A stretch of 62,839 bases of DNA, counting the filler. It is 7 parts of 7 records of this genome, joined end to end, with 100 filler letters (N's around TTAATTAATTAA, not from the genome) between each part and the next. Parts side by side here need not be neighbours in the genome. Positions count along the whole stretch, not along the records: positions 32,691 to 51,324 come from SRR31156797_29958; positions 51,425 to 57,738 come from SRR31156797_29991; 5 more parts are not named here. One strand, 5' to 3'. Under the pieces are notes generated by a model. It was not told the DNA's origin and searched no databases. It worked only from the letters and a program-made list of their open reading frames with translations. Position 1 is the stretch's first letter. The number at the start of each line of letters is the position of its first letter. A program made the position numbers and the translations under genes. Shown piece after piece: positions 42,183 to 52,940 of this stretch.

Positions 42183-43106
42183 GTGAAATGGTTTAAAACC
42201 GTAACTGTCAGCGCAGCTTTACTGTTATTAGCAGGGTGTGCGAGTAATTCTTCAGATGATGAGCAGGCGACACAGTGGGTTTATCCGCCAATGGCAATCC
42301 CTTTACAAGCTAGTGTGCAACAAGAAGTGCAGATTGCTCGTCTCACTCAGTTACTGCAGCGCCCTGACTTAACTGACGATGTTAGAGCCAAGATGTTTTA
42401 TGAGCGTGGTAATGCTTATGACAGCGTTGGGTTGCGTGATTTAGCGCGTTTAGACTTCACTCAATCGCTTGCGTTGAACCCTGCTCAGCCCGATATTTTT
42501 AACCTGCTAGGTGTGTATTACACTGAAACCGGTGAATTTGATAGTGCTTATGAGTCGTTTGATTCGACACTCGACCTAGATCCTGACAATGAGTATGCGG
42601 TACGCAATCGTGCAGTGGCACTGTATTACGGTGAGCGCTCTTCGTTAGCGTTAGAAGAAATTGAAAAACATTATCAGATGAATCCTAATGATCCGTTTAG
42701 AGCATTGTGGCGTTATATCATCAAGATGGATATTGAACCAGAGTCGGCCACGACTGAGCTGAGCGCGTCATTTCAGTCACATAATGATGAGTGGGGCTGG
42801 TTACTGGTTGCAATGATGCTGGATGAGATCTCTGAAGAGCAGATGTTCAAAGTGGTTCTTTCAAGCACGCGTGATAACAACTTGTTAGCTCAACGATTAA
42901 CGGAAGTTTATTTCTATCTCGGTAAACGCTACCAAATGCAGGGTAACTATGCACACGCTGTTTCACTTTATAAGTTAGCGATCTCATTCAACGTGTTTGA
43001 ATACGTTGAACACCGCTATTCTTTTATTGAGATGGGACGAATCTATAAAGATGTTCGAGAAGCACAGCAGAACAAAGAGAAAGCGGAACTGACCGCAAGC
43101 GAATAA
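42183..43106 (+). CDS. nlpI: Lipoprotein NlpI
   Basis: Lipobox LAGC, TPR repeats, YDSVGLRDLAR, FEYVEHRY; located downstream of pnp. Confidence 0.95.
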   Translation: MKWFKTVTVSAALLLLAGCASNSSDDEQATQWVYPPMAIPLQASVQQEVQIARLTQLLQRPDLTDDVRAKMFYERGNAYDSVGLRDLARLDFTQSLALNPAQPDIFNLLGVYYTETGEFDSAYESFDSTLDLDPDNEYAVRNRAVALYYGERSSLALEEIEKHYQMNPNDPFRALWRYIIKMDIEPESATTELSASFQSHNDEWGWLLVAMMLDEISEEQMFKVVLSSTRDNNLLAQRLTEVYFYLGKRYQMQGNYAHAVSLYKLAISFNVFEYVEHRYSFIEMGRIYKDVREAQQNKEKAELTASE

Positions 43107-43112
43107 TTGAGT

Positions 43113-43144
43113 AAAGCCACCGCAGTGATATGCGGTGGTGGTTT
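43113..43144. terminator. Hairpin between convergent nlpI and PilZ gene
   Basis: CCACCGCA-GTGATA-TGCGGTGG. Confidence 0.6.
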
Positions 43145-43148
43145 GGAA

Positions 43149-45497
43149 CTACCCAGTTAGCTCCAAGCGAATCAGAACCTCTTCCGTAATATCAACAATC
43201 TCACCATAACCGGCTAATGCTGTGATCTCTTTTTCCAAAGATTTTGCCTGATGCATACTGATGTGTGAAAGCTCATTTAAATCCTTACGCAACAAAGTTG
43301 TCATCGGATCAAAAATCGGAGAACCACAGATCCTCAGTACAAACACGTCACCCATTTGCTGAGCTTTTTGAATAAACTGGATTCGTTCTTTGGTATTGTT
43401 GAAATCAGTGACGAGTTTGGTTTCGATTGACTGTATACGGGAACCAAACTTTATCGCGGATATGTATACCTCGTTATACTGCGGTTCCGCGCCATCAATC
43501 TTTTTCATTGGCGTCGCGATAAGCGTATTCGTGTGCCCTTTAAAAATCGGCTCTAGTGAGACCTGGCCTTCTTTACCTAACTTAGCGAGTAACGCCAAAT
43601 GAGGAGGGAAAGGGTAGTTCACGCCGATCACTTTCGGTTTCAAACTTGGTCCACTCTTCTCCACAAAAATTGGCGCGCTGACGATTTTATCGAGCAGGAT
43701 ATTGTGCAAATCTTCTAACAAATCCTGACTCGGTAATATCTCCTCCTTCGGTTTTATTACCTCTGGGTTACTTTCGATGATGCTATTAAAGAAGGCGATG
43801 GTTTTCATCGTCTGTGCGTTTTCATCGATCATCAAATGCAGTCGTTGCCCTTCAGGGCTAATTCGAATGACCTGGTAAGGTACGTTATCCAGTGGCAAAC
43901 TCTTGTCGTATAACTTGAGTTCACGAAAATCAATATTGATCATTTCCCCCGCTTTCAAACTTACAGGGGCATTAAGCACTAAGTACAAGCCACGTTTAGA
44001 AATGTCGACTGTAGCACCTTCACCAATCACAGCTTCGTCCTGTATCACTTGCAGAGGTGTTTTTAAGCGGTAACGCGGCTCTTTGCGACGTGATCGAGCA
44101 TCAAAATAGATGCCCGTTGGTGCACCCAGCACTTTTCTTGGGTGGCGGAAAACATTGAGCTCGCTTGTTGGAAGCTGCGGTTTATCGACCAACAGGTAGT
44201 CTTTACTAGAACTAAAATCACTGATCTCTTGCAAAACGCCACAATGTGTCAGTTCTTTCGATTGATTTGCCAGTTCGCTGGAATGAGCCGCGAGTTGTTC
44301 TCTTTCAATATTAGATAGCTCAAACACAGACAGTCGGAATGCTCTCCAGCTCTCTTTTCGTGCGCCAATATGCCAAAATAGCTTTCTTTGTTGACTGCTT
44401 GCTTCAGGCATCATCATCGAGAAGAAGAATGACTTTTCCTGGTGTTCATGCTTAAACGCATACAGCACATTGTTACTGCCCCGAAGCCCCGGTTTAGTGA
44501 GGATTTCCATCCGAGATTGATTGAACAGGCTGCCTAACGACTGTTGGTTACGTTCGTCGTGCCAGTACTGCCAAAGCGGGTGATTGTTTTCAGTGAGTAG
44601 TGCGAGCTTCAACTCATTGCCACTAAAAAACAGCGGTAATCCACAGCTATGTTTTAGAAAAGTATGCTCGTAGCCCCGAGTGCGTGCTCGAATAATTTTA
44701 TCTTGATTATCGTGGCGAGCTTTTTGAGTATCGTTCTTTAGTGATTCATCAATGACTTTTTTGATGACATCGGTATCTGAAAGTTTAAGTGCTCTAAGGT
44801 ATTTGATGGCGTCATTGTCGTACGAATCGTCAACGCCAAGAATGCGGTACTCTATTGGCTTGTTTAAACCGACGACTTCACTGTTCTTGCTGAGCTCAGA
44901 AAACTGTACCCAGATAGTATCTCCGAGCTTATATTTGAATGCAGAAGGCACTTTGAATTTAGCGCCAGAAGATGACAAATCAATACTTAACCCATGTACA
45001 ACTTGATCGCTGCTCGCCAGATGAATTTTAACCTGAGTAGAAATTCGTAATCGGTTTTCTAGACGCTTAAGATCATAGCCGAGTTTAACCGGCTCAACTT
45101 CGAATGTACCATCCGAAATGCTGGCGTTGCCCGATTTCAACGTGCCTTGTTGTTTCATCACCCGGAAGTTGTTCCGAGTATTGACTAAGATTTCCCAAAC
45201 CCCTTCGGTATAACCACCAAACTTTTTAACCGCTTTATGATAAGTGTTAAACGCGACATCATCTAACCAGTGCTTGCGGCCATCTAGCTCGTATTCTCTG
45301 CATTCGCCTTGTACTCGTCCACGTAGATCGACGCTCTTGCTACAAGGTGCCATTACTCGGTTTAGCTCCATTTTTACCAACAGTTTTACAGACGGCGGCT
45401 GGCCGCCTGTGAACTTGTTCAGGAGCTGTTCGAACTCGGCTGAGTGATAGGTCGGAATTAGCCGTTCTGCGAGTGAGAGAATTTCAGATTGCTGCAT
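43149..45497 (-). CDS. Double PilZ-domain c-di-GMP receptor (PlzC-like)
   Basis: Two PilZ motif pairs, KRLENR...DLSSSG and RRKEPR...DISKRG; divergent from radA as in Vibrio. Confidence 0.85.
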   Translation of the reverse strand: MQQSEILSLAERLIPTYHSAEFEQLLNKFTGGQPPSVKLLVKMELNRVMAPCSKSVDLRGRVQGECREYELDGRKHWLDDVAFNTYHKAVKKFGGYTEGVWEILVNTRNNFRVMKQQGTLKSGNASISDGTFEVEPVKLGYDLKRLENRLRISTQVKIHLASSDQVVHGLSIDLSSSGAKFKVPSAFKYKLGDTIWVQFSELSKNSEVVGLNKPIEYRILGVDDSYDNDAIKYLRALKLSDTDVIKKVIDESLKNDTQKARHDNQDKIIRARTRGYEHTFLKHSCGLPLFFSGNELKLALLTENNHPLWQYWHDERNQQSLGSLFNQSRMEILTKPGLRGSNNVLYAFKHEHQEKSFFFSMMMPEASSQQRKLFWHIGARKESWRAFRLSVFELSNIEREQLAAHSSELANQSKELTHCGVLQEISDFSSSKDYLLVDKPQLPTSELNVFRHPRKVLGAPTGIYFDARSRRKEPRYRLKTPLQVIQDEAVIGEGATVDISKRGLYLVLNAPVSLKAGEMINIDFRELKLYDKSLPLDNVPYQVIRISPEGQRLHLMIDENAQTMKTIAFFNSIIESNPEVIKPKEEILPSQDLLEDLHNILLDKIVSAPIFVEKSGPSLKPKVIGVNYPFPPHLALLAKLGKEGQVSLEPIFKGHTNTLIATPMKKIDGAEPQYNEVYISAIKFGSRIQSIETKLVTDFNNTKERIQFIQKAQQMGDVFVLRICGSPIFDPMTTLLRKDLNELSHISMHQAKSLEKEITALAGYGEIVDITEEVLIRLELTG

Positions 45498-45640
45498 AGT
45501 TTTCTGTTAGAGTAATGTTCTCTTTATTCTATCGACATAAATGTCGATAACTTTAGGGTTTACGGGCTTTTGTATATGTTGCACTTATAAGACAGATTAT
45601 TAAAGTCTCTTTGTCACAACTTAGATGAATACGAGGAAGC

Positions 45641-47020
45641 ATGGTTAAAGCAAAACGCGCATATGTTTGTAATGATTGCGGTGCGGATTTCCCCCGTTGG
45701 CAAGGGCAGTGCAATGCGTGTGGTGCCTGGAATACTATATCAGAAGTTCGGCTGGCAGCATCTCCTCAAGTTGCACGCAATGAACGTTTAAGTGGATATG
45801 CGGGCAGTGTAACCGAGTCAGCGGTTCAAACATTATCTGAAATCGATTTGCAGGAAGTGCCAAGATTTTCCAGCGGCTTTAAAGAGCTCGACCGAGTTCT
45901 TGGCGGTGGTATTGTTCCGGGGGCAGCTATATTGATTGGTGGTAACCCTGGTGCCGGTAAATCAACATTACTACTGCAAACCATGTGCTTGCTTTCGTCA
46001 CAAATGCCGACTTTGTATGTCACCGGTGAAGAATCTCTTCAGCAAGTTGCGATGCGGGCGTCCCGTTTAGGTTTACCAAAAGAACATCTTAAGATGTTTT
46101 CAGAAACTAATGTCGACAAAATTTGCCAGGTTGCAGAAAAAGAGCAGCCGAGAATTATGGTTATCGACTCAATCCAAGTTATGCATGTGGCTGATGTTCA
46201 ATCATCTCCGGGGAGTGTTGCCCAGGTTCGTGAGTCAGCTACGGCTTTAACGCGTTACGCGAAACAGAATAATGTTGCGGTATTCATTGTTGGTCACGTC
46301 ACCAAAGACGGTACGTTAGCGGGGCCTAAAGTACTGGAGCATATTATTGACTGCTCAGTGTTGCTTGATGGTGGTACAGATACACGTTTCAGAACGCTAC
46401 GTAGCCATAAAAACCGTTTTGGTGCTGTTAACGAACTTGGTGTATTTGCCATGACAGGGCAAGGCTTACGTGAGGTGAGCAACCCATCGGCAATATTTCT
46501 GTCTCGTGGAGAAGAAGATACGTCGGGCAGTTCTGTTATGGTGGTATGGGAAGGGACTCGTCCGCTACTGGTTGAGATACAGGCGCTGGTGGATTACTCA
46601 CAATTAGCAAACCCTCGACGCGTAGCCGTCGGTCTTGAACAAAACCGTCTGTCATTATTGCTTGCTGTATTACATAAACATGGCGGGCTGCAAATGGCGG
46701 ACCAGGACGTGTTTGTCAATGTGGTCGGTGGGGTAAAAGTCACTGAAACCAGTGCTGATTTAGCATTGTTAATGGCATTGTTATCGAGTTTCCGTGATAA
46801 GCCTCTTCCTAAAGATGTGGTGATATTCGGTGAGGTCGGTTTGGCAGGCGAAATTCGCCCGGTACCGAGTGGTCAAGAACGCTTGAATGAAGCGTTTAAA
46901 CATGGATTTACTAAAGCAATCGTTCCCTCATCCAATATGCCGAAAGGCGGGATTGCTGGAATGCAGATTCACGGTGTCAAAAAACTTTCCGAAGCAATTG
47001 AAGCATTTGATGAGCTATAG
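45641..47020 (+). CDS. radA: DNA repair protein RadA/Sms
   Basis: CNDC...CNAC zinc finger, GNPGAGKS, KNRFG. Confidence 0.97.
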   Translation: MVKAKRAYVCNDCGADFPRWQGQCNACGAWNTISEVRLAASPQVARNERLSGYAGSVTESAVQTLSEIDLQEVPRFSSGFKELDRVLGGGIVPGAAILIGGNPGAGKSTLLLQTMCLLSSQMPTLYVTGEESLQQVAMRASRLGLPKEHLKMFSETNVDKICQVAEKEQPRIMVIDSIQVMHVADVQSSPGSVAQVRESATALTRYAKQNNVAVFIVGHVTKDGTLAGPKVLEHIIDCSVLLDGGTDTRFRTLRSHKNRFGAVNELGVFAMTGQGLREVSNPSAIFLSRGEEDTSGSSVMVVWEGTRPLLVEIQALVDYSQLANPRRVAVGLEQNRLSLLLAVLHKHGGLQMADQDVFVNVVGGVKVTETSADLALLMALLSSFRDKPLPKDVVIFGEVGLAGEIRPVPSGQERLNEAFKHGFTKAIVPSSNMPKGGIAGMQIHGVKKLSEAIEAFDEL

Positions 47021-47310
47021 AGCCGATTTCTTCCGTTAAAGGTGAGTGTGAGTGAAAATATTTTGGAATTAACTCGCGTCTTAGGTCGGAATCGCCTATA
47101 TTTCACGATCATTAGTGCAGGAACATCTGAACGAAATGAATTAAAAAACGCTAAGTAAGCTATTGATATACGATGTAGCGGGCGAAGTGAAAACGTCATT
47201 AAGCTTGGGTGTTGAATATTTTTTATGTGCAGCGACTAACAGGGGTATCAGTCTTGACAGATTGTGATATACTCTGCGCGCATTTTATATCCTATTAATA
47301 GAGTAAGACA

Positions 47311-49398
47311 ATGGCAGATTTATCGAAATACAGAAACATTGGTATTTTCGCGCACGTTGACGCGGGTAAAACCACTACCACTGAGCGTATTCTTAAGCTT
47401 ACTGGTAAAATCCATAAAACTGGTGAGGTTCACGATGGTGAATCTACAACTGACTTCATGGAACAAGAAGCAGAGCGCGGTATTACTATCCAGTCAGCAG
47501 CTGTAACGTGTGAGTGGAAAAACCACCGTCTAAACGTTATCGATACTCCTGGACACGTTGACTTCACAGTTGAAGTATACCGTTCACTTAAAGTTCTTGA
47601 TGGTGGTATCGGTGTATTCTGTGGTTCTGGCGGTGTTGAACCTCAGTCAGAAACTAACTGGCGTTACGCTAACGAATCTGAAGTAGCTCGTATCATTTTC
47701 GTTAACAAACTAGACCGTATGGGTGCTGACTTCTTCAACGTAGTTGAGCAAGTTCAAAACGTACTAGCAGCTAACCCACTAGTGATGACTCTACCGATCG
47801 GTCGTGAAGACGAGTTCGTTGGTGTTGTAGACGTCCTAACTCGTCAAGCGTACGTTTGGGATGATACTGGTCTTCCAGAAAACTACGAAGTCAAAGAAGT
47901 TCCAGCAGACATGGTAGATCAACTTGAAGAATACCGTGAGATGCTAATCGAAACTGCTGTTGAGCAAGACGACGAGCTAATGATGGCGTACATGGAAGGT
48001 GAAGAGCCTTCTATCGAAGACATCAAACGTTGTATCCGTAAAGGTACTCGTGACCTAGCGTTCTTCCCAACTTTCTGTGGTTCAGCATTCAAAAACAAAG
48101 GTATGCAACTTGTTCTTGATGCAGTAGTAGATTACCTACCAAACCCAACAGAAGTTGATCCTCAAGAGCTGACAGATCCAGCAACTGGTGAGCCAACTGG
48201 CGCAGTTGCAACTGTATCTGCAGATGAGCCGCTAAAAGCGCTAGCATTTAAGATCATGGATGACCGTTTTGGTGCCCTAACGTTCGTTCGTATCTACTCT
48301 GGTCGTTTGAAGAAAGGTGACACTATCCTTAACTCAGCAACAGGTAAAACTGAGCGTATCGGCCGTATGGTTGAGATGCAAGCTGACGAGCGTACAGAAC
48401 TTACTGAAGCTCAAGCGGGTGATATCATCGCTATCGTTGGTATGAAGAACGTTCAAACAGGTCACACTCTATGTGATCCTAAGCACGAATGTACTCTAGA
48501 GCCAATGATCTTCCCAGAACCAGTAATCTCTATCGCTGTTGCGCCTAAAGATAAAGGTTCTACTGAGAAAATGGGTATCGCGATCGGTAAAATGGTTGCA
48601 GAAGATCCATCTTTCCAAGTTGAAACTGACGAAGATTCAGGTGAAACCATCCTTAAAGGTATGGGCGAACTACACCTAGACATCAAAGTAGACATCCTTA
48701 AGCGTACTTATGGTGTTGAACTGTCTGTTGGTGCTCCTCAAGTTGCTTACCGTGAAACTATCACTAAAGCAATTGAAGACAGCTACACGCACAAGAAACA
48801 GTCTGGTGGTTCAGGTCAGTTCGGTAAGATCGACTACCGTATCAAACCAGGTGAGCCAAACTCTGGCTTTACGTTCACATCAACAGTTGTTGGTGGTAAC
48901 GTACCTAAAGAATTCTGGCCTGCAGTAGAGAAAGGCTTCGAAGGCATGATGGACCACGGTGTTCTTGCTGGCTTCCCAACGCTTGACGTTGAAGTTGAAC
49001 TATTCGACGGTGGCTTCCACGCAGTTGACTCATCTGCAATCGCATTTGAAATCGCAGCGAAAGGTGCATTCCGTCAGTCTATGCCAAAAGCTGGCGCGCA
49101 ACTTCTTGAGCCAATCATGAAAGTTGACGTGTTCACTCCAGAAGACAACGTTGGTGACGTAATCGGTGACCTTAACCGTCGTCGTGGTATGATCAAAGAC
49201 CAACAAGCTGGTGCTACTGGTGTTCGTATTAAAGCAGACGTTCCTCTATCAGAAATGTTTGGCTACATCGGTCACCTACGTACTATCACTTCTGGTCGTG
49301 GTCAGTTCTCTATGGAGTTCGCACAATACGCACCATGTCCTGCTAACGTAGCAGAGAAAGTTATCGCTGAAGTTAAAGAGCGTAACGAGAAGAAATAA
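47311..49398 (+). CDS. fusA: Elongation factor G (stand-alone paralog)
   Basis: [39 protein letters not shown]; not flanked by rpsG/tuf. Confidence 0.96.
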   Translation: MADLSKYRNIGIFAHVDAGKTTTTERILKLTGKIHKTGEVHDGESTTDFMEQEAERGITIQSAAVTCEWKNHRLNVIDTPGHVDFTVEVYRSLKVLDGGIGVFCGSGGVEPQSETNWRYANESEVARIIFVNKLDRMGADFFNVVEQVQNVLAANPLVMTLPIGREDEFVGVVDVLTRQAYVWDDTGLPENYEVKEVPADMVDQLEEYREMLIETAVEQDDELMMAYMEGEEPSIEDIKRCIRKGTRDLAFFPTFCGSAFKNKGMQLVLDAVVDYLPNPTEVDPQELTDPATGEPTGAVATVSADEPLKALAFKIMDDRFGALTFVRIYSGRLKKGDTILNSATGKTERIGRMVEMQADERTELTEAQAGDIIAIVGMKNVQTGHTLCDPKHECTLEPMIFPEPVISIAVAPKDKGSTEKMGIAIGKMVAEDPSFQVETDEDSGETILKGMGELHLDIKVDILKRTYGVELSVGAPQVAYRETITKAIEDSYTHKKQSGGSGQFGKIDYRIKPGEPNSGFTFTSTVVGGNVPKEFWPAVEKGFEGMMDHGVLAGFPTLDVEVELFDGGFHAVDSSAIAFEIAAKGAFRQSMPKAGAQLLEPIMKVDVFTPEDNVGDVIGDLNRRRGMIKDQQAGATGVRIKADVPLSEMFGYIGHLRTITSGRGQFSMEFAQYAPCPANVAEKVIAEVKERNEKK

Positions 49399-49414
49399 TA
49401 GTTCGTAACTGTTA

Positions 49415-49451
49415 TAAAAAAGCCCCATCAGTGAAAGCTGATGGGGCTTTT
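49415..49451. terminator. Bidirectional terminator
   Basis: AAAAGCCCCATCAG-TGAAAG-CTGATGGGGCTTTT. Confidence 0.88.
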
Positions 49452-49470
49452 GTTTTATCCAGAGGATGGA

Positions 49471-51162
49471 TTAATCTTCCCACACCACCAGTTTATCTCT
49501 AGGCCAGTTTTGGCCGACCTCATGATACTTTTTCTCTAACACATGACGTTTGATTTTAAGTGTTGGCGTTAAGATACCATTGGCTATCGACCAAGGTTCT
49601 TTAATCATTAACACACCTTTGATTTGCTCATGTGTTTCGACTTCCGCATTTATACGTTTGATAATTTTGTTGGTGGTTCTTTCATATCGCTCACGGTCAA
49701 AGTTTTCAAAATCGTGAGGAACAACCAGTAGGATAGGCGCTGGTAAGCCCAACCCAATCATGCACATCATCTCTACCCGTGAGTATTCGAACAGTTTCTT
49801 TTCGATAGGCACAGGGGCGACAAATTTGCCTTTCGCGGTTTTGAAGGTGTCTTTCTTACGGCCTTGAATGGTTAAGTAGCCATCGTTGTCGATTGAGCCA
49901 ATATCACCAGTATGTAGCCATCCTTCACTATTGAACGATTCCTGTGTTGAAATGTCGTTTTTGTAGTAACCGGAAAATATCCCTTTGCTGAGTACCAATA
50001 TTTCTCCGTCTGGCGCTATTTTAAGATCGATTCCTGGGCCAGCATTACCCACGGTTCCTATTTTATCCGCTCTAAATGGGTAATTAATCGTGCTGTAAGC
50101 AAAGGACTCTGTCATCCCCCAGGCTTCGGTAACATTAAGGCCAATGTCATGATACCAACGTAGAAGTGATGGTGAGACAGGAGCCGAGCCGCAACCCAAT
50201 ACGCGCGCATGATTAAGCCCTAAATTGTCAGCGATTTTTCGCTTAATTAAGGTATTTATTACTGGTATTTTCAGTAACAGGTTGAGTTTTCTCTGAGGAA
50301 GTTTGTCCAGGATACGTTGCTGGAATAGTGTCCATAAACGGGGGACGGAAATGAACAGCGTTGGTCGATGCATTTTCACATCTTCAATAAACGTATCTAA
50401 AGACTCAGGGAAAGCTGTGGTTACACCGCCGTAAACGGATGTACCGAACACATATACTCGTTCCGTGATGTGTGCTAGTGGGAGGTACGAGAACAGGCGG
50501 TCATCTTGTTGTAAACCAATGAGATTGACCAGTTGTTGCACCGACCACGAAAAAGCACCGTAGGTCAGCATGGCACCTTTTGGTGAACCTGATGTTCCCG
50601 AGGTATAAACCAGAGACATCAGCTTGTCATCATGATGCTGAGGGCGAAACTCACTCGGTGAATGGTTTGCAATCAGATCACTAAACTGATAATCGCACTG
50701 AGGAGCCGAATCATAAGGCAAGGATATACTAATGATATCCGGCAATTGCTTTAATGCATTTTTGATGGCTTCACTGTCATCCAGTTTACCGACAATAATA
50801 TGCTTCGACTCGCTATGGGTGAGGCAATATTCAATGGTGTCACAGCCTGCTGTGGGGAACACCGGGACACTGACATAATCTCCGAGCATCATTGCTAAGT
50901 CACAGATAAACCATTCAGCACAGTTTTTGGAGATCAATGCTATTTTGTCACCGGGTTCGGCACCAAGACTTCTCAGTGCTGAAACCAGTTTGAGAGCATG
51001 ATCAGCAACTTCAGCATAAGTAAATTCAACAAATTCCCGATTAATGATTTGCTTTAGATAAACCTGATTAGGCCTTTCTTCAGCCCACTTCAAGATCATT
51101 TCATTCGGCGGTGGGAGAGCGCAGTTTAGCTGACTAGACTCATTTGGCAGAATCATATTCAA
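49471..51162 (-). CDS. AMP-binding protein, long-chain fatty acid-CoA ligase-like
   Basis: YTSGTSGSPKG, YLPLAHITER, WGMTES, WLHTGDIG, LTPTLKIKR. Confidence 0.92.
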   Translation of the reverse strand: MNMILPNESSQLNCALPPPNEMILKWAEERPNQVYLKQIINREFVEFTYAEVADHALKLVSALRSLGAEPGDKIALISKNCAEWFICDLAMMLGDYVSVPVFPTAGCDTIEYCLTHSESKHIIVGKLDDSEAIKNALKQLPDIISISLPYDSAPQCDYQFSDLIANHSPSEFRPQHHDDKLMSLVYTSGTSGSPKGAMLTYGAFSWSVQQLVNLIGLQQDDRLFSYLPLAHITERVYVFGTSVYGGVTTAFPESLDTFIEDVKMHRPTLFISVPRLWTLFQQRILDKLPQRKLNLLLKIPVINTLIKRKIADNLGLNHARVLGCGSAPVSPSLLRWYHDIGLNVTEAWGMTESFAYSTINYPFRADKIGTVGNAGPGIDLKIAPDGEILVLSKGIFSGYYKNDISTQESFNSEGWLHTGDIGSIDNDGYLTIQGRKKDTFKTAKGKFVAPVPIEKKLFEYSRVEMMCMIGLGLPAPILLVVPHDFENFDRERYERTTNKIIKRINAEVETHEQIKGVLMIKEPWSIANGILTPTLKIKRHVLEKKYHEVGQNWPRDKLVVWED

Positions 51163-51198
51163 GCTCCATGTTATTGGTTGTAAGTTTATTATTATTTT

Positions 51199-51213
51199 GT
51201 TAATTCATTGTTA
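51199..51213. promoter_or_regulatory. Possible ArcA box upstream of acyl-CoA ligase
   Basis: GTTAATTCATTGTTA matches the ArcA consensus GTTAATTAAATGTTA at 13 of 15 positions. Confidence 0.45.
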
Positions 51214-51269
51214 ACATTAGCATGAGTTGACGGATTCTAGAAAGAGCAAAAAGTGTCGATTTGTAACTT

Positions 51270-51324
51270 TACACTCAAGTAACTTCAGGGGGCTGGTTCA
51301 GCGAGAGTTTATTCGCTCTTAGGC
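51270..51324. repeat. Start of a probable Vibrionaceae dispersed repeat at contig end
   Basis: TACACTCAAGTAACTTCAGG...TTCAGCGAGAGTTTATTCGCTCTTAGGC resembles dispersed Vibrio intergenic repeats (from recall); the assembly breaks inside it. Confidence 0.35.
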
Positions 51325-51424
51325 NNNNNNNNNNNNNNNNNNNNNNNNNNNNNNNNNNNNNNNNNNNNTTAATTAATTAANNNNNNNNNNNNNNNNNNNN
51401 NNNNNNNNNNNNNNNNNNNNNNNN
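51325..51424. other. Artificial contig spacer
   Basis: N-run with TTAATTAATTAA. Confidence 0.98.
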
Positions 51425-51513
51425 CACTGCGAAAGCACGCAACGCCCACCAAAATAGAAATCCCTCTCTTCTCTTCTCTTCTCTTCATTCTTCAAACCGT
51501 TATTCAAAGCAGA

Positions 51514-51548
51514 TTGACACCCCCCCATCACCCTCGTAGGTTCATTCC
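51514..51548 (+). promoter_or_regulatory. Sigma70 promoter abutting start codon (probable leaderless mRNA)
   Basis: TTGACA, 17-nt spacer, TAGGTT, 6 nt, ATG; no SD. Confidence 0.6.
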
Positions 51549-52937
51549 ATGTCCAAATACGCCCCATCCCTGACCAAAGCTCATCAGGCTTTTTTGTCTG
51601 ACCTCTTCCCTCATGACGGATGCGTCCTGTCTCCCGAAGGTCTCGCTGTCTTCTCTGCTGACGCCAGCGGCGAACGAGCCATGCCGTGGGCTGTTGTCCG
51701 GCCTGAAACACGCGAGCAGGTGCAGGAACTACTCAAGTGGGCCGATGTCGAGCGTATGCCGATTTATGGCCGCGCACGTGGCACTGGTCGTGTAGGAAGC
51801 GCCGTGCCGAGCCTTGGTGGGGTGGTTGTGTCCATGTTGCGCATGAATCAAATTTTGGACGTGAATGAAGACGATTTTGTGGCCGTGGTCCAACCGGGCG
51901 TGGTAACGGCTGATCTTCAAGCTGCCTGTGCGGCAAAGCAACTTTTCTATCCGCCGGACCCGGCCAGTGTGAAAATTTCCACTATTGGCGGGAATATCGC
52001 AACCTGCGCCGGAGGCCTCAAAGCCGTGAAATACGGTGTGACGAGAGACTGGGTGCTCGGGATTGAAGCGGTCCTTCCGGGTGGCAGAGTGCTGCATATG
52101 GGTGGCCGTTCCCATAAGGATGTTGTCGGGTTGGACCTGAAACGCCTTTTTGCCGGAAGTAATGGCACTCTTGGATTGTTCACGGAACTGACGGTCAAAC
52201 TCATTCCCTTGCCCGAAACTTCGGCTTCGGTGCTGGTCGGGTTTTCCGATTTGGCTTCATCCATGGAAGGAGCCAAGGCCGTGTTTCGGGCGGGAGTCCT
52301 GCCCGCGGCCTGTGAATTTATGGATGGTCCCACGATTCAGGCCATTCGTATGGGCGATGATATTCCGCTGGCAGATGATGCCCAAGCCGCACTGTTATTG
52401 ATGGTGGATGGCACACAAAAAGGCGTGGATGCCGAAGTTCGGCGTATGGTCGCGGCTTTGGAGTCTGTGCATCCTGTTTCAATGGAAGTCGGCAGTGGGG
52501 CTGAAGCCGAAGTCCTGTGGGATGTACGGCGATCAATTTCTCCGTCTTCATTCCGTATCAAACCGAACAAGCTGGCCGAAGATATTTCCGTGCCGCGTGG
52601 GAGCGTAGGGCTGGCCGTTGCTGCGGCTCATGATATTGGACGAGAGCACGGTTTGCAGGTTCTCTGTTTTGGACACCTTGGCGACGGCAACATCCATGTC
52701 AGCATCATGCACGATGGGTTGGTGCAGAACGAAGTGGACAGCGCGCACCTTGCCAAAGACGCTGTTTTTCGTATGGCGTTGTCGTTGGGCGGCACTATCT
52801 CCGGGGAACATGGTACAGGCCTTACCAAGGCGTCTTTTGTGAGCGAACAGTTGTCAGTGGATGAATTGCAATTAATGGCCGATATCAGGCATGTTTTTGA
52901 TCCCAACGGTATAATGAATCCCGGCAAGGGGCTGTAA
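51549..52937 (+). CDS. FAD-binding oxidase, glycolate/D-lactate dehydrogenase subunit (GlcD-like)
   Basis: FYPPDPAS, TIGGNIAT, KYGVTRD, HLGDGNIH, SGEHGTG, DPNGIMNPGK. Confidence 0.9.
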   Translation: MSKYAPSLTKAHQAFLSDLFPHDGCVLSPEGLAVFSADASGERAMPWAVVRPETREQVQELLKWADVERMPIYGRARGTGRVGSAVPSLGGVVVSMLRMNQILDVNEDDFVAVVQPGVVTADLQAACAAKQLFYPPDPASVKISTIGGNIATCAGGLKAVKYGVTRDWVLGIEAVLPGGRVLHMGGRSHKDVVGLDLKRLFAGSNGTLGLFTELTVKLIPLPETSASVLVGFSDLASSMEGAKAVFRAGVLPAACEFMDGPTIQAIRMGDDIPLADDAQAALLLMVDGTQKGVDAEVRRMVAALESVHPVSMEVGSGAEAEVLWDVRRSISPSSFRIKPNKLAEDISVPRGSVGLAVAAAHDIGREHGLQVLCFGHLGDGNIHVSIMHDGLVQNEVDSAHLAKDAVFRMALSLGGTISGEHGTGLTKASFVSEQLSVDELQLMADIRHVFDPNGIMNPGKGL

Positions 52938-52940
52938 CCC

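Noticed and set aside
16197-47020. Two radA genes as a duplication
   Set aside because: They lie on different contigs from different phyla (Bacteroidota and Vibrionaceae).
51464-51492. (CTCTT)n pyrimidine microsatellite near contig start
   Set aside because: Short low-complexity tract upstream of the promoter, with no evidence of function.
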